Source: an uncultured Acidobacteriota bacterium
Lineage (GTDB): Bacteria; Acidobacteriota; Thermoanaerobaculia; Multivoradales; UBA5704
Assembly: GCA_963770895.1 (NCBI GenBank)
Contig: CAVYRF010000002.1
Span: forward strand, 4,352,001-4,416,000
Direction: 5' to 3'
DNA length: 64,000 bases
A program made the position numbers and the translations under genes. Shown in pieces: positions 58,602 to 64,000 of this stretch (the first letter of the stretch is position 1; every line of letters starts with the position of its first letter). The notes beneath the pieces are model-generated. The model saw only the letters and a program-made list of their open reading frames with translations. It had not been told where the DNA came from and ran no database searches.

Positions 58602-58916
58602 CTAGCCGCGGGAGTCTCCGGGGACGTCTTTGAGGCGGCGGGCGGGGCGGAAGCTGAGGCCGCGGTGGGGCGGGATGAAGATCCGCTCGCCGCTGACCGG
58701 ATTGACACCGGTGCGTCCGGGACGGTTGGTGATCTCGAAGGTGCCGAAGTTCTTGATGCGCACGGTCCGGCCTTCGCCCAGGGAGGTCTTGACGGTCTTG
58801 AAGATCACTTCGACGATCTCGGCCGCTTCGTTCTTGGTCAGCCCCCCGTGGCGGTCGTAGACCACGTCGACCAGGTCGGCTTTGGTCATGCCGGAGGGTA
58901 GCTTTTTCGGCGTCAT
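58602..58916 (-). CDS. ihfA: Integration host factor / HU family protein
   Basis: MTKADLV, VRIKNFGTFEI, GVNPVSGE, FRPA; ihf-merR-tRNA-Pro gene order. Confidence 0.85.
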   Translation of the reverse strand: MTPKKLPSGMTKADLVDVVYDRHGGLTKNEAAEIVEVIFKTVKTSLGEGRTVRIKNFGTFEITNRPGRTGVNPVSGERIFIPPHRGLSFRPARRLKDVPGDSRG

Positions 58917-59137
58917 AGGCGCATTTGACCTGGAAGTCTCCAATCGTACCTGAAAACCCGACTGAAACCGAGCGCTGAGTATATGGAGTTCGGCGACGCC
59001 CGACAAGACCGCGGGAGCGCGGTTAGGGGGGTGCCAAAGAGGGGTGGTGCAAGTGGCGACGGAGGCCAGCGGTGGGTGCGTGCAGCGCGCGCCCGGCGTG
59101 GTAGCGGGACGGGGTATGCGGTGGGGGGGCGACGGGC

Positions 59138-60442
59138 TCAGGGCGGTGCGATCGCCGTCTGGTAGGCCTGGCGGTGGCGGGTGGCGATGGCGTCCCAGGT
59201 CAGGTGGGATTCGGTCTTTTGGCGGCCACGGTCGCCCATCTGGCGTGCGGCGGTGGGATTGGCGAGGAGGTGGGACAGGGCTTGCCGGAGGGCGTCGGGT
59301 TGGTTTTCGGCGACCAGCAGGCCGGTGGTTTCGTGCTCGACGGCCAGGGGGATGCCGGAAATGCCGGAGGCGACGACGGGCAGGCCGCTTGCCATGGCTT
59401 CCAGGATGACGTTGGGCAGGCCGTCGACGTTGCCGCTGGCGTCGTGGATCGCTGGCAGCACGAAGAGGTCGGCGGCGCGGTAGAGGTCGGGGAGGGCGTC
59501 GTGCGCGACCGGACCTGGCAGGTGGACGCGCCCGCGCCAGGGTGCCGTGGCCGCGGCGAGCTGGTCGAGCAGGTCGCCGCCGCCCGCCAGGACGACGTGC
59601 AGGTCGGGGAACTGCGCCAGGAGCGCCGGCAGGATCTCGGCCAGGACGCCGAAGCCCTTCTTGGCCGCCATCCTGCCCACGCCCAGCAGGACGGGCGCCG
59701 CGTCAGGGACGGCCAGGCGCTGCCGCCACAGGCTCCGGCGCTGGGGATCGGGGGCGAATGCGACGGTATCGACGCCGTAGGGGATGACGTGCGACCTGGC
59801 GGCGGGAAAGCCGAGGGCGTCGATCCTGGCGACCAGCTCGGGGGAGCAGCCGGTGAGCACCTGGGTGCGGGCCAGGGCCCGGCGCACCAGGGTGCGCGCT
59901 CCCCAGCGCTCAGCCAGAAAGACGTCGCTGCCGTGCAGGCCGATGGCGAGAGCGGGGCGGCCCTGGCGGCGCCCCTGCCGCGGGCCTGGCCCTGGTGGCA
60001 GGGGTTCTGCCGGCGATCCGGCCGCCGGGAGGGATCCGGCCGCCAAGGAGGGCAGCGCCGCCGCGGCGGCGACGCCGTTGGGGACGATCCAGTGGGCGTG
60101 CACCAGGTCGAAGCGGCGCTGGCGCAGTTGGCGCGCGACCGCCCTGCGCGCCGCCAGGGCGTACAGGGGGGTGACCGCCGCGGTGGCGCCCCGCAGCCGC
60201 AGGTCGGCGGCGAGCGAGCGGCCGTAGCCGACCAGCTCGGCGGCCGCCGGCGCGTAGCGAAAGGTGAGGATCTCGACGCCGCCCGCTTCGCGGCGCGCGG
60301 CGAGGCCCTGCGCGTGCGGCGCCAGGACGGTGACGCGGTCGCCCCCTCGCACCAGGGCGCGGGCCAGCTGTTCGATGAACGGCCCGGCGATGTCGCCGGC
60401 GAAGCGCGGGTAGGTCTGGGTGAGAAAAAGGATGTCGAGCAC
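59138..60442 (-). CDS. Glycosyltransferase family 4
   Basis: HAHWIVP, HGSD, GRMAAKKG, DGLPNVILEAMASG. Confidence 0.92.
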   Translation of the reverse strand: MLDILFLTQTYPRFAGDIAGPFIEQLARALVRGGDRVTVLAPHAQGLAARREAGGVEILTFRYAPAAAELVGYGRSLAADLRLRGATAAVTPLYALAARRAVARQLRQRRFDLVHAHWIVPNGVAAAAALPSLAAGSLPAAGSPAEPLPPGPGPRQGRRQGRPALAIGLHGSDVFLAERWGARTLVRRALARTQVLTGCSPELVARIDALGFPAARSHVIPYGVDTVAFAPDPQRRSLWRQRLAVPDAAPVLLGVGRMAAKKGFGVLAEILPALLAQFPDLHVVLAGGGDLLDQLAAATAPWRGRVHLPGPVAHDALPDLYRAADLFVLPAIHDASGNVDGLPNVILEAMASGLPVVASGISGIPLAVEHETTGLLVAENQPDALRQALSHLLANPTAARQMGDRGRQKTESHLTWDAIATRHRQAYQTAIAPP

Positions 60443-60490
60443 GGCGATGGCGGGTGCGGGCGGCCTGGGGCGCGGAGCCAGCCTAGGCCA

Positions 60491-60638
60491 CTAGTACTAC
60501 TGTGTCACGCCAGCAGAAAAAGCCTGCCAGCGTTGAATTCCACGAAATTTTCAGAAGTATTCAATTGAAATACGCAAAGCACTGAGACAGAACAACTTGC
60601 ACGGCTGCCTGTGCGAGTTTGTGACACTGTAGTACTAG
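60491..60638. mobile_element. AT-rich miniature inverted-repeat element with CTAG ends
   Basis: CTAGTACTACTGTGTCAC ... GTGACACTGTAGTACTAG (17/18 inverted match). Confidence 0.85.
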
Positions 60639-60650
60639 ACTAGTGCCGGG

Positions 60651-61652
60651 TCAGAGCAGGCGCTCTTTGATCGAGTAGCTGTCGGGGCGGTGGAAGTTCT
60701 TGAAGGTGATCATCTCGGCGAGCAGGCCGGTGGTCAGGACCTGGATGCCGAGCAGCATGAGCAGGACGCCGAGCAGCAGCAGGGGGCGGTTGGAGAGCGT
60801 CGCCCCGCGCAGCCACAGGATGGCGAGATAGAGATCGATCGAAAAGCCGGCGCCCAGGAACACCAGGCCGATGGCGCCGAACAGGTGCAGCGGCCGGCGG
60901 GTGTAGCGGGTGATGAAGAGCACCGTCAGCAGGTCGAGAAGGCCCTTGTAGAAGCGATCCCAGCCGTACTTGCTGGTGCCGTGGCGGCGCGGGTGGTGGG
61001 CGACCGCCAGCTCGCCCACGGCGAAGCCGCGACGGCTGGCCAGGACCGGGATGTAGCGGTGCAGCTCGCCGTAGACGGCGATCTGGTCGAGGACTTCGCG
61101 GCGGTAGACCTTGAAGCCGGAATTGAAGTCGTGCAGATCGACGCCCGCCAGCCGCCGGGTGACCCAGTTGAAGACGCGCGACGGGATGCGCTTGCCGGCG
61201 GGGTCGCGCCGCTCGCGCTTCCAGCCGGAGACCAGGTCCAGGTCCTGGGTTTCCAGGGCTTCGAGCAGGCGCGGGATCTCGTCCGGGTCGTCCTGCAGGT
61301 CGCCGTCCATGGTGATGACCAGGGTGCCGCGCGAGTGCTCGATGCCGGCCGACAGCGCCGCGGCTTTGCCGAAGTTGCGCCGCAGGCGCACCAGCTTGAT
61401 GCGCGGATCGGCGCGATGGGCGGCGCGCACGCGCTCGGCGGTGCCGTCGCGCGAGCCGTCGTCGACGAAGACCACCTCGAAGCTGCGCCCCAGGCGCGAC
61501 AGCACCGCGAGCAGGCGCGCCGCCAGCTCCTGGACGGACTCGGCTTCGTCGAGCACCGGCACCAGGACGCTGAGGTCGAGGTCGTCCTGCGCCGGCGCCG
61601 ATGCCAGGTCGCGCTGTGCGGCGGCGGCCGCCGGGGCGGTCTGCGGGGTCAT
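60651..61652 (-). CDS. Glycosyltransferase family 2 (ArnC/DPM1-like polyprenol-phosphate GT)
   Basis: VDDGSRDGT, RNFGKAAAL, MDGDLQDDP, two C-terminal TM helices. Confidence 0.93.
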   Translation of the reverse strand: MTPQTAPAAAAAQRDLASAPAQDDLDLSVLVPVLDEAESVQELAARLLAVLSRLGRSFEVVFVDDGSRDGTAERVRAAHRADPRIKLVRLRRNFGKAAALSAGIEHSRGTLVITMDGDLQDDPDEIPRLLEALETQDLDLVSGWKRERRDPAGKRIPSRVFNWVTRRLAGVDLHDFNSGFKVYRREVLDQIAVYGELHRYIPVLASRRGFAVGELAVAHHPRRHGTSKYGWDRFYKGLLDLLTVLFITRYTRRPLHLFGAIGLVFLGAGFSIDLYLAILWLRGATLSNRPLLLLGVLLMLLGIQVLTTGLLAEMITFKNFHRPDSYSIKERLL

Positions 61653-61718
61653 TTGGCGGCCATTGTACCAGCAGGCTTGGGCACCGCCGGGGCGGCCGCC
61701 GACGCCGGCTACCGCCGG

Positions 61719-63077
61719 CTACCGACGGCCCGGACCGACGCCGGCGCCCGCGGCGCGTGCGGCGACGATGGCCAGGGCGGCGTTGCGGCCGCTGCGCATC
61801 GAGTGGTCCATGTTGAAGTACTGCCACTCGCCGAAGCGGCCGACGTTCCAGATGCCGTGCTGGCGCAGCCAGCTGCCGATCAGCTCGACGTGGGCACGGT
61901 GCGCCAGGTCGTAGATGACGTAGGCGGGCTCGATCTCTTCGGTGTGGATGAGCTCGATCGGGTCGTCGGCGCCCAGGATGCCGGCTGCCCGCAGCGCCGT
62001 GATGGTCTGCTCGACGGCGGCGTCGCGGGCCAGCGGCCGCTCGCGCGAGAAGGCGACTTCGGTGGCGATCGAGCTCTTGCCGGGCGGCACCGTGTCGGGG
62101 CTGAACGACGCCGGGAACGACAGGCGGTGGAAGGGGAACAGGTCTTCGTAGAAGTAGACCCAGTGCATGTCCGACAGGTCGGGCCTGCCGATCCCCAGGT
62201 TGATGCAGTAGATGCCCTGGTAGCGCAGCGCCTGGCACGCTCGTTCCACTTCCGGCGGGACGCCGCTGAACAGCTGCGGGATCTGCGGCAGGGGCAGCGA
62301 AAAGATCAGGTTTTCGAAGGGCACCACCTCGCCGTCGGCAAAGACCACCTGCTTGGCCGGCAGCTCGACGCGCACCGCGGTGCGGCCGACGTGGACGCTG
62401 GCCGGGTCGAGGCGGGCGCCCAGGGCGCGCGGCAGCGGTTCGATGGCGCCGTGGCGCGGGTACCAGAATGCCGCGGTGGCGCCGATCTGCGCCACGTCGT
62501 CGGTCAGGGCGCCGGCGATGATGCGCTCGAAGTCGGGGGTCGGCACCCGCCGCCCGATCCAGCTGAATTCCATTTCGCTCGGCTCGACCGTCCAGATCTT
62601 GCGCGCGTAGGGGATCATCAGGTGGTCGGCGATGCCGTCGCCGAAGAATCCGCGCATCCACTGCTCGTAGTTGGCCGGCGCGAAGTGGCCGCGCTCCTGC
62701 TGCTGGATCGCCCGCACCAGCCCGACCAGGCAGTCGCGCACCATCGGCACCGGCAGACCGAACAGGTGCGCCTGAAACGGGAACCGGGTGTACAGGCGGT
62801 GCGCGTGGTGGTAGATGAACGCCCGCCGCTCCTGGGCGTGGAAGTTGTCGCCCAGCAGGTCGCGGATCAGCGCTTCGATCTCGCCGTCGATGGTGAACAG
62901 GATGTGCGGCCCGTGATCGAAGAGATACCCGTCGATCGCCACCGAGCGCGCCAGCCCTCCCACGCGCTCTTCCCGTTCGTAGAGCTGCCACCCGGTCGCG
63001 CCGGCCTGCTGCAGCGTGTAGGCGGCGGTCATCCCCGAGAGGCCGCCGCCCAAGATCACATCCTGTCGTTCGCGCAT
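61719..63077 (-). CDS. FAD-dependent oxidoreductase (protoporphyrinogen oxidase/UDP-galactopyranose mutase-like)
   Basis: GGGLSG, VGGLARS, FDHGPH, GRFGEWQYFNMDH. Confidence 0.85.
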   Translation of the reverse strand: MRERQDVILGGGLSGMTAAYTLQQAGATGWQLYEREERVGGLARSVAIDGYLFDHGPHILFTIDGEIEALIRDLLGDNFHAQERRAFIYHHAHRLYTRFPFQAHLFGLPVPMVRDCLVGLVRAIQQQERGHFAPANYEQWMRGFFGDGIADHLMIPYARKIWTVEPSEMEFSWIGRRVPTPDFERIIAGALTDDVAQIGATAAFWYPRHGAIEPLPRALGARLDPASVHVGRTAVRVELPAKQVVFADGEVVPFENLIFSLPLPQIPQLFSGVPPEVERACQALRYQGIYCINLGIGRPDLSDMHWVYFYEDLFPFHRLSFPASFSPDTVPPGKSSIATEVAFSRERPLARDAAVEQTITALRAAGILGADDPIELIHTEEIEPAYVIYDLAHRAHVELIGSWLRQHGIWNVGRFGEWQYFNMDHSMRSGRNAALAIVAARAAGAGVGPGRR

Positions 63078-63090
63078 GCGCGGGTCGAGG

Positions 63091-63666
63091 TCAGGTCGGA
63101 TCTTGCGTCATGGCGTGCAGCTTGAGGATGGTGGCCCAGTTGCGCGAGGTCACGGCGTCGCGCAGGGCGCGGCCCACGGTGTTGGCCAGGCGGCTTTCCA
63201 GGATGCCTTGCGCGCACCAGGTGTAGGCGACGCGGTCGCCCAGGGCGAGCGCGTCCGGCGCCCAGTCTTCCTTGAGGAGCGCCGTCAGGCGCGGCAGGTG
63301 GGCGGGATCGTTGAGCACGGCGACCAGCAGCCGCGCCGGGTCGTCGGCGACCGCGAGCAGCGGGTTGCCGGCGACGATGGCGGCGATTTCCTCGGCGCTC
63401 AGCACGGTCACCCGCGCCGGGACGCCGATGCGGTCGGTGAGCCCGGCTTCGATGCTGGCGGCGGCCTTGGCGGCGGCACCCGGCGGCCCGGTGAAGACCA
63501 CGTTGCCGCTGTTGAGCAGGGTGCGCACGTCGCCGTAGCCCAGGCCGGCGACCAGGGCGCGCAGGTCCGCCATGGAGATGCGTTTGGCGCGGCCGACGTT
63601 GATGCCGCGCAACAGGGCGACGTACTTCTGAGCCGGCTTCTGAGCCGGCGCCGGCTTGGATGGCAT
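63091..63666 (-). CDS. DUF1697 family protein
   Basis: YVALLRGINVG, LNSGNVVF, TSRNWAT. Confidence 0.9.
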   Translation of the reverse strand: MPSKPAPAQKPAQKYVALLRGINVGRAKRISMADLRALVAGLGYGDVRTLLNSGNVVFTGPPGAAAKAAASIEAGLTDRIGVPARVTVLSAEEIAAIVAGNPLLAVADDPARLLVAVLNDPAHLPRLTALLKEDWAPDALALGDRVAYTWCAQGILESRLANTVGRALRDAVTSRNWATILKLHAMTQDPT

Positions 63667-63722
63667 GGGCGCGATTGTAGCGGATCGCAGCCCTGGCGGC
63701 TCGCGGCGGGACAGGCCGGCCG

Positions 63723-64000
63723 CTACCTGCCGGTGCGGGCGAAGAGGGCGACCGGGCCGCTGGCGAAGACCGGGTGGTAGAGGGCGCGGATGCGCGCCGC
63801 CACCGGCGAAGGTTCGGGCAGGTGCCAGGTGTAGATGAAATCGACGTTGCCGGCGATCGCCGCGACGTCGAGGCCGGCGGGCGGGCTTGCCAGCAGCGGC
63901 AGGTCGAGCTTGCCGGAGACGCCGGGCCGGAAGCGCAGCGGGAACAGCGTCGTCATCGCTTCGTAGTTGTCCCAATCGATCAGCCCTTTTTCGGCCGCGG
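63723..64000 (-). CDS. 3' end of a hypothetical protein truncated by window edge
   Basis: Frame open to the edge (AAEKGLIDWDNYEAMTTLFPLRFRP...). Confidence 0.6.
   Translation of the reverse strand, partial: AAEKGLIDWDNYEAMTTLFPLRFRPGVSGKLDLPLLASPPAGLDVAAIAGNVDFIYTWHLPEPSPVAARIRALYHPVFASGPVALFARTGR

Overview
Very GC-rich bacterial DNA. An Acidobacteria-type duplicated orphan permease, a lanthipeptide-like leader and the style of the secreted proteins suggest Acidobacteriota, possibly Thermoanaerobaculia-like (inference). Left (1-16.7 kb): the 3' end of an NRPS (C-A-T-C, no thioesterase) followed by a tightly coupled tailoring operon: HemN-like radical SAM, two ACPs, a sulfotransferase-GrpB fusion, SDR, tandem SagB-like nitroreductase, two atypical acyl-CoA dehydrogenases, AMP-ligase, variant DapB and a FlK-like thioesterase. 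Middle (16.8-57 kb): an accessory mosaic. It holds a TIR-NB-ARC-TPR NLR-like gene split by one in-frame TAG, a nuclease-STAND (Avs-like) gene convergent with a lid-less Hsp70, an orphan lanthipeptide-like precursor and other small Cys-rich peptides missed by the ORF track, secreted proteases and a DUF222-HNH gene. It also holds a cassette of a cytoplasmic S8 protease, a free-standing copy of its own N-terminal domain and a membrane protein, plus a complete IS21 and two kinds of miniature inverted-repeat element. Right (57-64 kb): core-like tRNA-Pro(GGG), merR, ihf and glycosyltransferase genes, with a third miniature element between two of them. Best candidates for undescribed systems are the S8 protease/free prodomain/membrane protein cassette, the NRPS tailoring pathway and the Hsp70/nuclease-STAND pair. 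All family assignments come from motif recognition by eye; no searches were run.
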